DNA of 64,000 nucleotides from an uncultured Nitrososphaeria archaeon (GCA_964437705.1 CAYTHX010000002.1:16916-80915), one strand, 5' to 3'. Positions 1-11,317 are shown, counted from the stretch's first letter. A program made the numbers and translations. The notes: generated by a model from the letters alone, not told the origin.

Positions 1-476
1 AATCTTTCAGCTACAAGGAAGAAACTTAAATACGAATGCTTTAAAATATCCCTTAATTTCAGCACTCTAAATCTATATGTATCATCTCGATACCTTGCTT
101 CAAAATATGAAATATCATTTCTTAAGCAATAAATTAAACACTTCATAAGTGCTGCATACTCACAATCTTTCTCAGGAATAGATTCAACAGAAACTCCGCC
201 TTTCTTAATTAGGTAAGTGAGCCTAGATAAGTATGATCTATATGTTTTGTTAATTTGGGGAATAAGAGGTAAATCGATATTTCCACCTAAAGATTCCATT
301 ATTTTGAAGTAGAGTTCTGGGATTGTAGTTTCACCTAGCTCCAAAGCTCTATTAAAGATATATTGAGTTAACTTTATTTTATGCCCACCAATTTGCACTG
401 TTTTTAACATAGTAAGGGACAACTGAATATCTGCATCTGGCTTTGGCCTTATAATTCTCATCAAAGTACACCTCAT
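1..476 (-). CDS. hypothetical protein, 5' part of a gene running off the window edge
   Basis: Open minus-strand frame from the window edge. Hand translation reads MRCTLMRIIRPKPDADIQLSL... from an ATG at 474-476 (alternative ATG at 450-452). No recognisable motif. Not in the ORF track because it is partial. Confidence 0.35.
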   Translation of the reverse strand, partial: MRCTLMRIIRPKPDADIQLSLTMLKTVQIGGHKIKLTQYIFNRALELGETTIPELYFKIMESLGGNIDLPLIPQINKTYRSYLSRLTYLIKKGGVSVESIPEKDCEYAALMKCLIYCLRNDISYFEARYRDDTYRFRVLKLRDILKHSYLSFFLVAER

Positions 477-583
477 GCATTCAGCACAACCCTCTACCGC
501 TAAATACTAAGGGTATTTAGCCACCCATATATAATATTAATGTCTTGGTATTCTATGAATTTTTAATGCCACTTTAAAGTATA

Positions 584-1408
584 TTATGGAAGCTCTTTTT
601 CAGCTCTTCTTTTAGCATCAATAACTTTATCCATAACTTTCTTTGGCAATTTTACATCTTCGATCCTAGCTTCTACAGGTTTCATAACCATTAATCCAAT
701 ATTTGGTAGGATTTTAACTTCATGCATTACTAGGCTATGATTAGTTTGTCTCATTTTCTCGATTATTATATACCTCCTCAGTATACCTCCACGTACACTT
801 CTCCTAAACCTAATAATACCATCAGCAACATGCTCAATTCCAAATCCAAATGCTTCAGAAGTCGTTATTGCGTATTGACTTGTAGCCATGATCGTGAAAT
901 CCCACTTACTAAATATTTTCTTAAAGTAATATGCATACCTACGTGCCATTGCCGGCCTATCCAGCCAAAAAGCTGATAAAGAATCGATAACTACGCGAGC
1001 TCTACCATAACCTAATACCTTCTTAGCTTTGACAACCGCTTCAACGAGTTCATCGGGTGTTAAATTTCTAAGAGACCACTCTCCTTCTCCACCCATTAAA
1101 GCATCAATCAGAATTAACCTCCTCTTTTTTATGGCAGACTCAAAGTCTATGTTAAATTGTGATGCTTGATTAATTATGCTCTCTTTACTCTCCTCCGTAG
1201 TTACGTAAATATTCAGATCTCCATCCTCTATTCCCTTAGCAATATAGTGTATACATAGGATGGTCTTTCCAGTACCGGGCTCGCCAACAACTGCTATAAA
1301 GAACCCTCTAGGTATACCACCTTCTATTAAAGCATCAAGTGTTGGTACTCCTGTGGATAAACGCTCAATAGCCATTCCATTAAATAAATAGCGATAACTT
1401 TTATACAA
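584..1408 (-). CDS. KaiC-like / RecA-superfamily ATPase (single domain)
   Basis: Walker A GEPGTGKT, then a KaiC/RadB-like core (LDALIEGGIPRG, DSLSAF). 274 aa. Confidence 0.7.
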   Translation of the reverse strand: MYKSYRYLFNGMAIERLSTGVPTLDALIEGGIPRGFFIAVVGEPGTGKTILCIHYIAKGIEDGDLNIYVTTEESKESIINQASQFNIDFESAIKKRRLILIDALMGGEGEWSLRNLTPDELVEAVVKAKKVLGYGRARVVIDSLSAFWLDRPAMARRYAYYFKKIFSKWDFTIMATSQYAITTSEAFGFGIEHVADGIIRFRRSVRGGILRRYIIIEKMRQTNHSLVMHEVKILPNIGLMVMKPVEARIEDVKLPKKVMDKVIDAKRRAEKELP

Positions 1409-1435
1409 TCTTTTACTCTATAGAAAAATTTAACA

Positions 1436-2221
1436 TTAATATGAGGATAGTATTCTTTGGACAAGTTGACTACATGTTATAAACTCAGCATTAACTGCAA
1501 TACCGAATTTGATTATTTCCTCAAGAGCACGTATATTTCTACCTCTTCCTATGAGCTGTGGATGCATGGTTACACATAAATATTTAGTAGTATCAACTGC
1601 ATATCTAATTTCTTCAATAATTCTCGTAGAGAAATCCTTTGGATCAAGCATCCTCTCCTTGAGTATTGGCCAATCATCTAATCTCCAGTCTATAGGCAAC
1701 TCAACTATCTTTTCTTCACTAACTTCTAAAACATACGGCTCATCATCATCCATCAAGCTACTATCATATCTATAGCCAAGATCTTTGATGTATTCTAATA
1801 CGTCTTTAGACATACGCCAATATGGCGCTCTAAAACCCTTGTAATCCTTAGGCATATAGTTAGACAATAGACTATCCATCTTATTAAGAATAGAATACTT
1901 GTCCTTTTCTAGGTCAAGTTTTTCATGTAAATATCCATGCGCACCAACTTCATGACCAGATTTAATGATGCTAGAAACCGCCTCTGGATAATTTTCGGCA
2001 ACCCATCCAGGTACAAAGAAAGTAGCTTTAACATCATACTCATTTAATACTTTAAGTACATTATATACTCCTTTTTTGGCCCCAAATTTGCCGTAACTTA
2101 ATTCAACAAACTCCGCCTTCTTATGTACCTCAGCACTTTCAGCGTCAAAATCAAATGTTAGCAATAAAAATAATGATTTACCTTCTTGAAGAAGATTCTT
2201 CATCATATTAACACTCACCAC
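1436..2221 (-). CDS. polysaccharide deacetylase (CE4 family)
   Basis: CE4-like motifs FFVPGW and GHEVGAHGYLH. 261 aa. Confidence 0.6.
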   Translation of the reverse strand: MVSVNMMKNLLQEGKSLFLLLTFDFDAESAEVHKKAEFVELSYGKFGAKKGVYNVLKVLNEYDVKATFFVPGWVAENYPEAVSSIIKSGHEVGAHGYLHEKLDLEKDKYSILNKMDSLLSNYMPKDYKGFRAPYWRMSKDVLEYIKDLGYRYDSSLMDDDEPYVLEVSEEKIVELPIDWRLDDWPILKERMLDPKDFSTRIIEEIRYAVDTTKYLCVTMHPQLIGRGRNIRALEEIIKFGIAVNAEFITCSQLVQRILSSY

Positions 2222-3513
2222 TAACTAAACCTATCAATTATATCGCTAATTAAACTTAATTTTGGTTCACCACTGCCAATCACTACAGCTCTATTAATCG
2301 GCCAGATTACATCAGCTACACGAGCAACTCTAAGCAGGAACTTAATACTATTTAGATCCTCCAGTTTTATTGAAGATGGTATTGGTATCGATATTGCATC
2401 TCCAATCCTTAACTTTTTTCCTGATAGATTAATTTCCTCATTATTAAAGTAAACCTTATCAACCAATAAGTTTCCAGATAAACACTTTAGTATTATCTTA
2501 TTATCTTCTAACGCTACTGAGATATACTTTGATAGATTAGGGCTCCATCCGTGAATATTCACTAAAACCTTATAGTTCATCGTACCTTTTTTAACATCAA
2601 ATATAGATTCAACAGGTATGATAAAGTCAACGTTATATATTGCTAGGTACTTTTGTGAGTATTCCCTAAGTATGCCGCTATAAAACCTCTTAGATCCATC
2701 TATATCATCTGCTAAAACTTTAACTAACTCACCTATACTAGCCTCCAATAATGCATTATAGGTAGCCCCGATATGTTTAATTGCTTCTTCTCCAACTTTA
2801 CTAACAGGCTTACCAACATCAACTGGACTAATACTGCTGACAGTTGCTGAAATATATCCTAAAGCTTCCTTTAATTTATCTTTTATAAGGCCTAGTAAGT
2901 TAGTTATACCTCTCACGAGTCTACGATAGATATTTGGATGATAGATTTTAGAGAGCTCTTTAGCTCTTTGAATTCTCAATATTTCAGGTAAATCGTCAAT
3001 AAACCTTACAATTGAAATTACATTTTTTAATGACTCTCTATAGACCTTCTTTGATGCTAACGGCTGATCATCAAATGGAGAATAATCCACATCTTCAAAA
3101 CTCTCCTTTTCAAACCCATATACTAGCTTATGTAATTTGGCTGCCCTCTCAAGATAAATTCTTTTTCCAGTCTCCCTATAAACCCTAACTAAATATCCAA
3201 TAATCTTATGCGGATTCTCAATATTACCCACCGGAAATAATATTTCGAACCCTCCAGAGGACCTAGTTGGAATAATCATTTTACCATAATAAGCTTCATT
3301 TACACCATCACCATCCTCATCAGTATGAAATAGTACAACCCAACTACCGCTAAATAACTTTATAACCCTATCCCTACTTATCCTATCGACAATCAGCAAA
3401 ATTATTACTACAATAATTAGTATAGTAAGGAGTACATAGACCAGTGGTAATATTTGATTTAATATTGAAGCATTTAGTAAATCTATGTTTTGTATAGTTG
3501 ACATTTTATTCAC
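2221..3513 (-). CDS. hypothetical protein with N-terminal membrane anchor
   Basis: Hydrophobic N-terminal segment (ILPLVYVLLTILIIVVIILLIV), then a soluble domain with no recognisable motif. Its stop overlaps the start of the downstream gene. Confidence 0.4.
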   Translation of the reverse strand: MNKMSTIQNIDLLNASILNQILPLVYVLLTILIIVVIILLIVDRISRDRVIKLFSGSWVVLFHTDEDGDGVNEAYYGKMIIPTRSSGGFEILFPVGNIENPHKIIGYLVRVYRETGKRIYLERAAKLHKLVYGFEKESFEDVDYSPFDDQPLASKKVYRESLKNVISIVRFIDDLPEILRIQRAKELSKIYHPNIYRRLVRGITNLLGLIKDKLKEALGYISATVSSISPVDVGKPVSKVGEEAIKHIGATYNALLEASIGELVKVLADDIDGSKRFYSGILREYSQKYLAIYNVDFIIPVESIFDVKKGTMNYKVLVNIHGWSPNLSKYISVALEDNKIILKCLSGNLLVDKVYFNNEEINLSGKKLRIGDAISIPIPSSIKLEDLNSIKFLLRVARVADVIWPINRAVVIGSGEPKLSLISDIIDRFS

Positions 3514-3642
3514 CTATTAATTATTTATCGCCTCTTAAAAAGGTATCTAAAGAAATCGTTTCAATTATACACTACATTTTAATAAAAATTAACACCACAT
3601 TTTTTATATTAGAATTTTATATTTATTATGTGGTGAATTAAT

Positions 3643-3984
3643 ATGGTTGAAGCAAGAACAGGACCGGTGAGATTTAGTGGATATGCACTAAAGCTGAGAA
3701 GAGTATTTAACGCCGCATTTAAGGACAAATATAAGTCAGGAGAACTCGATCCTAATATAATTAATCAAGATGTATCCGAATTAAATAGGAAGATCTATGA
3801 AGTTCTTGTAGAGAAATTTGAAATTCCTAAGGAAGCTATTGTAAATATTACAGTAAACTATGATATTACGCCAGATAAACATCTAAAGATAGAAGATATC
3901 AATATTGAAATCTTTGATAAAGATGATATACTAAGTAGGAATGCGACCAAGGAGGTTAAAAACAAGTTAGGCTTAGAGACATAA
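3643..3984 (+). CDS. hypothetical protein
   Basis: 113-aa ORF in an otherwise intergenic space. No motif. Confidence 0.3.
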   Translation: MVEARTGPVRFSGYALKLRRVFNAAFKDKYKSGELDPNIINQDVSELNRKIYEVLVEKFEIPKEAIVNITVNYDITPDKHLKIEDINIEIFDKDDILSRNATKEVKNKLGLET

Positions 3985-4114
3985 TATCATTAAAACAAGC
4001 TACAAGTTAAACCTAAGCATAGAATCTAGGGTATATATGGAAAAAGTAGTATGGATAGTTTATTTTATAAAAGTAGAGAAGTTTATGAAAAAGTATTGGA
4101 GTAATATAAGTGGG

Positions 4115-4582
4115 TTATAGCCAGAAGTAGTCGTCATATTCCATAATCTTCTTTAAGTATATTTTTATATCGCTCCACCTAAACTTATCTCCTACTTCAC
4201 TAATTATTTTGTATAGCTCATCCACGCTACTTAATGTTGCACTTTTAAATATTCTATATGTAACTCCACGATTAGGCTTTTTTTCAAGAATATAACCTTC
4301 AGCATATACTCTGCATTCTGCTATGCTCTCTTTGCTTTCATCTGGAATTGCTTTAACAATAAAGACATAGTGTTTCCTCAGTCCATCTTTAAATTCTATT
4401 ATTACTGAAGCTTGGAATGAGCCTAATGAGATATATAGCTTTCTCAAGATTTCTCTATACCTAAGTCCAGCTTTAGGTTCTGGGACTCTACTAATGGCTC
4501 TTAGTTGCTCTGGATCTGATAAATCATTAGTTAACTCACCAACCATACCCATAATGTCCTTTTCCTCATGTATAATTTCCAA
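4115..4582 (-). CDS. hypothetical protein
   Basis: 155-aa ORF co-directional with the downstream threonine dehydratase gene. Confidence 0.35.
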   Translation of the reverse strand: MEIIHEEKDIMGMVGELTNDLSDPEQLRAISRVPEPKAGLRYREILRKLYISLGSFQASVIIEFKDGLRKHYVFIVKAIPDESKESIAECRVYAEGYILEKKPNRGVTYRIFKSATLSSVDELYKIISEVGDKFRWSDIKIYLKKIMEYDDYFWL

Positions 4583-4593
4583 TTCTCTACCAC

Positions 4594-5805
4594 CTATGTA
4601 TATGATATTAAGTTATAGCCTTTCTTTTCAATCTCTCTCACTAATGCTTCTTTATCACTTTCCGAAAAGACTTCTACAAGCAGGATTACTTTTGAGTATC
4701 TTGGTGACATTATTTTTGCGGCATAATCTATTGTGATATTTATTATATTTGCTCTATGTTTCGTTAATAGGTCTAAGAATTTCTCTAATTCACCAGGTTT
4801 ATCTACAAGCGCTACCTCTAGTCGTAGCATTCTTCCAGTTTTACCCATTCCCTCTAGAATTACTTTTGATAATAGTGGAGCATCAATGTTACCACCACTC
4901 ACTATAGCTACAACATTCCCCCTAGCTTTAACTACACCATCTAATAAGGGAGCTATACTTATTGCTCCAGCGGGTTCGGCTACAGTTTTAACTCTCTCCA
5001 TTAGTATATAAAGCGCGTATGCAATAGCATCATCATCAACAACCACTATATCGTCAACAGCCTCACGAACAATGTTAAATGGTATTTCACCTGGTGATGG
5101 CATTGCAATACCTTCAGCAATAGTAGGCTTAGGAGATATCGACTTAATTTCACCAGCTTCTACAGAAAGTTTCATGGATGGTGAAGCTTCCGTCTGTACG
5201 CCTACAACTTTTATGCTTGGTTTCTCCTTCTTTATATAGGCTGCTATACCAGCTATTAGTGCACCACCACCAATAGGCACAAGGATCATATCAATATTCT
5301 CTAAATCGTGTAATAATTCATACGCGATAGTACCATTACCAGAAATAACATCAATATCATTATATGGATGTAGGAAATAGGCATTTTCTTTTTTAGCTAA
5401 CTCTTGAGCATACTTGATAGCTTCGTTATATGTCTTTCCATAGATCTCAACTTTAGCACCATAATCCATTGTAGCATTAATCTTTATATGAGAGGTGTAT
5501 TCTGGCATTACAACCAAGACTTTCTTTTTAAGTATTGTTGCAGATAAAGCTGCACCTTGTGCATGATTACCATCTGAAGCAGTAATGACATAATCATTCT
5601 TTATTTTCTTCATCGCATAATACGCTCCTCTTAATTTAAATGACCCTGTACGCTGCATATTTTCCAGCTTTAAATATATATTAGCTCCAGTCATTCTGCT
5701 TAAATTGTTTGAGATACTTAATGGTGTCCATCTAGCAACCTCATATACAACATATGAAGCGTCTTTTACCCTTTTATAAACAGAGTTGATTAAATCTCGA
5801 CTCAC
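4594..5805 (-). CDS. threonine dehydratase (PLP-dependent, with C-terminal regulatory domain)
   Basis: PLP-lysine motif TGSFKLRGA and glycine-rich loop GGGALIAG, typical of the threonine/serine dehydratase family. 403 aa. Confidence 0.75.
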   Translation of the reverse strand: MSRDLINSVYKRVKDASYVVYEVARWTPLSISNNLSRMTGANIYLKLENMQRTGSFKLRGAYYAMKKIKNDYVITASDGNHAQGAALSATILKKKVLVVMPEYTSHIKINATMDYGAKVEIYGKTYNEAIKYAQELAKKENAYFLHPYNDIDVISGNGTIAYELLHDLENIDMILVPIGGGALIAGIAAYIKKEKPSIKVVGVQTEASPSMKLSVEAGEIKSISPKPTIAEGIAMPSPGEIPFNIVREAVDDIVVVDDDAIAYALYILMERVKTVAEPAGAISIAPLLDGVVKARGNVVAIVSGGNIDAPLLSKVILEGMGKTGRMLRLEVALVDKPGELEKFLDLLTKHRANIINITIDYAAKIMSPRYSKVILLVEVFSESDKEALVREIEKKGYNLISYT

Positions 5806-5907
5806 ACTCTAACCTCCATAAATAACATTATTTACATAAATAATTATGAAGTAACAACGTAGCTATAAAATATACCCTATATACCTCCAAGGTAATTATA
5901 GATATTA

Positions 5908-6588
5908 TTGATGTACCTCTTAGATTTAGGTTTGAAGGATTACTTAGAAGTATACCATTTAATGAAGAAAATTGTTAATTTAAGAATTTATGGTAAAATA
6001 GGGGACTTGCTAATTTTTGTTGAGCATCCATCAGTTTATACTGTTGGTAGAGATGGAGGTTCATATCCAGAGAGAATAGATGATATTCCAGTATATTATG
6101 TAGAGAGAGGTGGAGATATTACATATCATGGTCCGGGGCAAATAGTTGGGTATCCAATAATTAAGTTAGATGAAAGATCACTTTCAATTAAGGATCTAAT
6201 ACTTCTAATTGAGGAAAGTATTATTAATACTATGGAACACTATGGATTACAAGGATATTGGATTAAGGGTCACGCGGGTGTATGGGTTAACGGGAGGAAA
6301 ATCGCATCAATCGGAATCGCTGTGAGAAAATGGGTTACATATCATGGATTCGCATTTAATGTAAATAATGATTTAAAACCGTTTTTAAATATTAATCCAT
6401 GTGGTTTACCCCCAGAAATAATGACAAGTTTATCTAAGGAAGTTAATAGGAATATCGATATTAATGAAGTTAAACGGATACTCTTAGCTGAATTTTCAAG
6501 ATTACTCGGTGAAAAGATCAGTATTCTACCAATAAATAGGGCTTTATCTCTTATTTCGCAAAGTGTCATGGAGTCGGTGGGCCTATGA
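5908..6588 (+). CDS. lipB: lipoyl(octanoyl) transferase LipB
   Basis: RGGDITYHGPGQ motif and a conserved lysine region (AVRKWVTYHGFA). Divergent partner of lipA. Confidence 0.8.
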   Translation: MMYLLDLGLKDYLEVYHLMKKIVNLRIYGKIGDLLIFVEHPSVYTVGRDGGSYPERIDDIPVYYVERGGDITYHGPGQIVGYPIIKLDERSLSIKDLILLIEESIINTMEHYGLQGYWIKGHAGVWVNGRKIASIGIAVRKWVTYHGFAFNVNNDLKPFLNINPCGLPPEIMTSLSKEVNRNIDINEVKRILLAEFSRLLGEKISILPINRALSLISQSVMESVGL

Positions 6589-6593
6589 AAATG

Positions 6594-7490
6594 TTAATGT
6601 ACAGAGCTAGGATCTCCCTTTAATTTCCTTATAAATTCATCATAGTATTTTGATGCTAGATATGAGCTTCTGACTAACGGACCACTTATTACAAGCTTAA
6701 AGCCTAGTTTATATCCAATTTCTTCATAATATTTGAAAGTTTTTGGTTCAACATATTCAGCTACTGGGAAATGTTTTGTCGTAGGCTGTAGATATTGACC
6801 AATAGTTACAATATCTACACCAACATTCCTAAGATCCTCTAACGCTTTAATAACTTCATAGGGTTTTTCTCCAAAACCAACTAAAATTGAAGACTTAGTT
6901 ATCATACTATCATCTATATCTTTCACTATCCTAAGCACTTTTAGTGACCGTTTATATGCCGCCCGTCTGTCTCTAATTACTGGTGTAAGTCTCTCGACAG
7001 TTTCAATATTATGTGCATAAACGTCAGGTTTTGCGTCAACAACAGTTTTTATCGAATTATATGATTCTTGAAAATCTGGCGTTAGAACCTCAATTACTAC
7101 ATTATCTATGTGTTCTCTTACAGCTTTTATAGTTTTTGCATATTGACAAGCGCCTCCATCAGGTAAATCATCTCTATCAACCGAAGTAATAACCACATAT
7201 TTTAAGCCAAGTTCTCTTGCCGCAAGTGCTACCCTACTTGGCTCATCCTCATCTATAACACCGCTAGGATTACCTTTCTTAACACTACAAAACCTACAAT
7301 TCCGCGTACATATATCACCGAGAATTAAGAAAGTAGCCGTCCCAGACCCCCAACATTCATAAATATTAGGACATAACGCCTCCTTACAAATAGTATGAAC
7401 ACGATATTTACTTAGAATACTATCTACCCTATAGAACTCTGGCGTAGTCTTCATTCGAACCCTTAACCAATCAGGTTTTCTAGTAATCAT
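6594..7490 (-). CDS. lipA: lipoyl synthase LipA (radical SAM)
   Basis: N-terminal cluster CKEALCPNIYECW, radical-SAM CTRNCRFCSV, and the RSSY C-terminal motif. Confidence 0.9.
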   Translation of the reverse strand: MITRKPDWLRVRMKTTPEFYRVDSILSKYRVHTICKEALCPNIYECWGSGTATFLILGDICTRNCRFCSVKKGNPSGVIDEDEPSRVALAARELGLKYVVITSVDRDDLPDGGACQYAKTIKAVREHIDNVVIEVLTPDFQESYNSIKTVVDAKPDVYAHNIETVERLTPVIRDRRAAYKRSLKVLRIVKDIDDSMITKSSILVGFGEKPYEVIKALEDLRNVGVDIVTIGQYLQPTTKHFPVAEYVEPKTFKYYEEIGYKLGFKLVISGPLVRSSYLASKYYDEFIRKLKGDPSSVH

Positions 7491-7814
7491 AAATCAATAA
7501 ATAAAATAGAAACTACCATAACAATAAAGAGTATCTATACAAATAGTCATATCAGAAAACTTTTAATTCCATATTTTTAGGATTCTTAGTATTACATATA
7601 CTAGTAACAAAATGTGTTTTAATTCCTTTCTTATGGTTTCCGTTTTTAATCGCTTGTTTCCAATACTTCATTTAGGGTTTATAATTTTGTCACATTTTTC
7701 TGGTAAATAACGTCATTATGTGATCTCTTCTTTAGAACAATAACTTTTTACGTTAGTTACCGTTACTGTTTCTATTAAAAGCCTAGTGAAAAATCTTTAT
7801 ATGTTATATAATTA

Positions 7815-7840
7815 ATTCTTTATTATTTAAAGAGACTACA
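7815..7840 (+). promoter_or_regulatory. putative archaeal TATA/BRE promoter for the ferredoxin gene
   Basis: ttattatttaaagag lies about 30-45 nt upstream of the ATG at 7865. Confidence 0.25.
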
Positions 7841-7858
7841 ATTTTTTAGTAGTGGTGA

Positions 7859-8182
<324 letters not shown>

Positions 8183-8240
8183 ATTTTTATAATTGTTCTT
8201 TCTTTTTTTACTTTCCTTTTTCTTAATTAAGCTTAAAGGG
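8183..8240 (+). terminator. T-rich tract, probable archaeal intrinsic terminator
   Basis: ttcttttctttttttactttcctttttctt immediately after the ferredoxin stop. Confidence 0.3.
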
Positions 8241-8249
8241 AGGTTTAGC

Positions 8250-9008
8250 TTAGTATATATATTTTGGTTTCTCTCTATCCTCTTCTTCTCTTCTCATTAA
8301 TAAGCTTTTAGTGGCTAATGCCATCTGCTTCTTAAACTTTTCTGCTTCTTCATTTAATTCCTTTAGATCTAGTTCAATTTTTAAGATTTTGGATAATGCT
8401 TTTAGTACGGCTATTGGCGCTATTTTATCTGCACCACTAATTAGATATGTTTCTCCAAGTAAGCATACTCCGTCTATTCCAAATTTCTTTGCATATCCAA
8501 GAAGTAATCCATTTATTCCAGAAATTGCACCCTCACCCATAAGTGGCTTGACACCATTAAGACGTAACATTTCAACTAAATCAGGAGTAGTTGCTACGCC
8601 ATAAACATCAACTTCCTCCTTAAAGTATGAAATTGGTGTAGCTGCTAATGTATAAATTATTTTTACTCCTAATTTTGATACAGCCTCTATAGCTTTAATA
8701 GCAACTATATGTTGCCATTCTGGCGTAGCTGGTTGAGACTGACCAGTAAATAGTATTACATCTCTATTGCCTATACTTGCAAGAAAGAAAGAATATATTT
8801 CCTCGGGAATCTCTTCAACAAGTCCATTATGTACAGAGACAGCTGGAACACCTAGATATGGACTTTTTATTGAACTAATTTTTGATGCATTTGAAATCTT
8901 TATTAAATAGTCTAGTGCCTGTTTTCCAGTTAGGCCCATACCAGGCAAGCCAGCTATCATAATTGGATTCTCTAACTTCCCTTTAATTGCTAATTCTATT
9001 TCAAACAC
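8250..9008 (-). CDS. PAC2-family (proteasome assembly chaperone-like) protein
   Basis: IAGLPGMGLTGKQALDYL resembles the N-terminal archaeal PAC2/PbaA motif. Size about 250 aa. Confidence 0.45.
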   Translation of the reverse strand: MFEIELAIKGKLENPIMIAGLPGMGLTGKQALDYLIKISNASKISSIKSPYLGVPAVSVHNGLVEEIPEEIYSFFLASIGNRDVILFTGQSQPATPEWQHIVAIKAIEAVSKLGVKIIYTLAATPISYFKEEVDVYGVATTPDLVEMLRLNGVKPLMGEGAISGINGLLLGYAKKFGIDGVCLLGETYLISGADKIAPIAVLKALSKILKIELDLKELNEEAEKFKKQMALATKSLLMRREEEDREKPKYIY

Positions 9009-9281
9009 CTTGTTCCCTCCTAATACTATTCAATAAGATAACCATATAATAAATTAACTACATACCTCTTGATTAAAAGTTTATGTTTACGTAATATGCT
9101 TGCTCCTCACTAGCCCATTAAGAAGACTCAAACCAGAAATTTAAGGGAATGCAGATTACTGATTTTTTAATCCATAATTAATTGCTATTGTTGATGCATT
9201 GATTGCTTTACTCGATAAGTTAACTATATAAATAGATATGATTGCTCTAGCTAATAATTATCTCCAGTTTTAAGCATTAAA

Positions 9282-10262
9282 GTGGCGACCACAATAAATA
9301 ATTATTGTATCAATATGAAAGTGGAGTTTAAAGCGTATTTAACTGGAATCTTACCTAGAGATGACTACTCAATTGACATTTTTAAGAAATTTGAATGGGG
9401 AATTATTGATGAGAAAACATATAGGGAAACTGTAAATAAGTTGGTTTGTAAGTGGGTCGATATTCAAGTTAGTAATAAACTAGATTTTATACATGATCCT
9501 CAAGTTGATTGGTTAGACTTATTCAGATTTTATTCCTTAATTGATGGCATTTCTGCTGGTCCTTTGACAAGGTATTTTGAGAATAACTACTTCTATAGAA
9601 AATTGATTATATCTGAGAAAGTTGATTATGAAGAAGGTGTGTTGAGCTTTTATACTCATCATGAGCTTTTACCCGACGATTTTCCCTGGAAAATTACATT
9701 ACCAGGGCCCTATACTATGTATAGGTTATCAGCAGTTAATTTAGACAAAGAAGAAGCTATCGATGTTATTGGGAAACTAGTCGCGGGTGCTGTGGAAGAG
9801 GCATTTAATTTAGGGTACTCATTAGTAGATTTACATGAACCTAGTCTTGCATATGATAACTACGTTGATGAGGATCTAGTTTTACAGTTATATAGATACA
9901 TAAAGAGACTTAAACTGCCGTTTCATATTCAGACGTTTTTTGGCTCTATATTTGATAAAATGCCATTAATGTTGAAGCTTAATGCTACATTTTCTATTGA
10001 TATTTTTGAAGGTGTAGATGATAGCGTAAAAATTCCTGTCGATAGAATAATTATTGGTGTTATAGATTCTAGGAATACATTGATGGAGAGGTTTCATTAT
10101 ATATCCAAATATGTCTCTCTAATAATTGATAACTCATTGGTAGATACTGTTTACCTAACTACAAATTGTGATCTCGACTTTCTACCCTATAAGTCTGCTA
10201 TTGAGAAAGTTCTATTACTAAATGAGTTTAAACGGAGGTTTACTCTGGAATGGGGAAGGTAA
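9282..10262 (+). CDS. methionine synthase MetE N-terminal-domain-like protein (split MetE, part 1)
   Basis: 326 aa of UroD/MetE-fold type with no Zn ligands. Overlaps the next ORF by 13 nt in another frame. Confidence 0.5.
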   Translation: MATTINNYCINMKVEFKAYLTGILPRDDYSIDIFKKFEWGIIDEKTYRETVNKLVCKWVDIQVSNKLDFIHDPQVDWLDLFRFYSLIDGISAGPLTRYFENNYFYRKLIISEKVDYEEGVLSFYTHHELLPDDFPWKITLPGPYTMYRLSAVNLDKEEAIDVIGKLVAGAVEEAFNLGYSLVDLHEPSLAYDNYVDEDLVLQLYRYIKRLKLPFHIQTFFGSIFDKMPLMLKLNATFSIDIFEGVDDSVKIPVDRIIIGVIDSRNTLMERFHYISKYVSLIIDNSLVDTVYLTTNCDLDFLPYKSAIEKVLLLNEFKRRFTLEWGR

Positions 10263-11317
10263 TTAGAACTCAAGAGATTGGTAGCTTAAGAAAACCACCA
10301 AAACTAATGGAAATGTGGAAATCCTATCTTAACAAAAAAATCACTTTTGATGAATTATTACCAGAAATTAGAAGAGTTTCAGTTGAGAATATTAAAAAAT
10401 TAGAGGAGATTGGTTTAACGTATGTGTATGATGGAGAGATGCATAGATGGGAGATGTATTATCACCCTGTGACTAATATCTATGGGTTTGAGTTAGTTGG
10501 TCAAGTAAGGGTTATGGAGAATAGATATTTTGTAAAGGCAGCTGTTCGAAAACCTATAAAGTTCCTTAAAAACTACTATTTAGACGAATTTCTATTTATA
10601 AAGAAAATCGCAAAAACTATCGTGAAGATTCCAGTTACAGGCCCCTATACAATTGCAGATTGGACTTTTAATGAGTACTACGTTGAAAAGTGGTTTAAAA
10701 CTTTAGATGATATGAAAATTATCAGGTTTAATGCAAAGAGAGATTTAGTATATGATTTGGCAGAGAAAGTTATCAATCCCATATTAAAAGAACTTGCCTC
10801 AAATGGTGCTGAAAGAATTCAAATAGATGAGCCGGCAGCAACTACACACCCATCGGAGATGGGGGTTTTTGTCGATGGATTTAACTTAGCTGTAGATGGG
10901 GTGGACGCGACCGTAACTGTCCATATATGCTACAGCGATTACTCAATACTTACCCCATATATACTCGAGATGAAGACAAAACATTTTGCACTAGAATTTG
11001 CAAATAGAGATTCTTGGAAACTAGGGACAAGTGATAAGGATAGGCCCGGCTATAGCTACTTAAGGGAACTATATATCGAGTATGGTTATGATGGTGAGAT
11101 TGGATTAGGTGTTATTGATGTACATACCGATGCAATTGAAAGTCCAGAATTAATTAGGGATAGAATACTATATGCTGCTAAATTTGTAGATCCAGAGAAA
11201 ATTGTTGTTAATCCTGATTGTGGCTTAAGAACTAGAAGAAGAGAAATTGCGTTTAAAAAATTGGAGAATATGGTTAAGGGTGTGGAACTAGCTGAGAAGG
11301 AACTCGGATTACTTTAA
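10250..11317 (+). CDS. metE: cobalamin-independent methionine synthase catalytic (C-terminal) domain
   Basis: IQIDEPA, HICYSD (His-x-Cys) and NPDCGL zinc-ligand motifs of MetE. Confidence 0.75.
   Translation: MGKVIRTQEIGSLRKPPKLMEMWKSYLNKKITFDELLPEIRRVSVENIKKLEEIGLTYVYDGEMHRWEMYYHPVTNIYGFELVGQVRVMENRYFVKAAVRKPIKFLKNYYLDEFLFIKKIAKTIVKIPVTGPYTIADWTFNEYYVEKWFKTLDDMKIIRFNAKRDLVYDLAEKVINPILKELASNGAERIQIDEPAATTHPSEMGVFVDGFNLAVDGVDATVTVHICYSDYSILTPYILEMKTKHFALEFANRDSWKLGTSDKDRPGYSYLRELYIEYGYDGEIGLGVIDVHTDAIESPELIRDRILYAAKFVDPEKIVVNPDCGLRTRRREIAFKKLENMVKGVELAEKELGLL

Noticed and set aside
737-976. 79-aa ORF antisense to the KaiC-like gene, and similar small ORFs such as 1509..1775, 4494..5011, 6342..6569, 7859..8078 and 8311..8604
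   Set aside because: All lie inside better-supported genes on the other strand and have no motif. I treated them as spurious.
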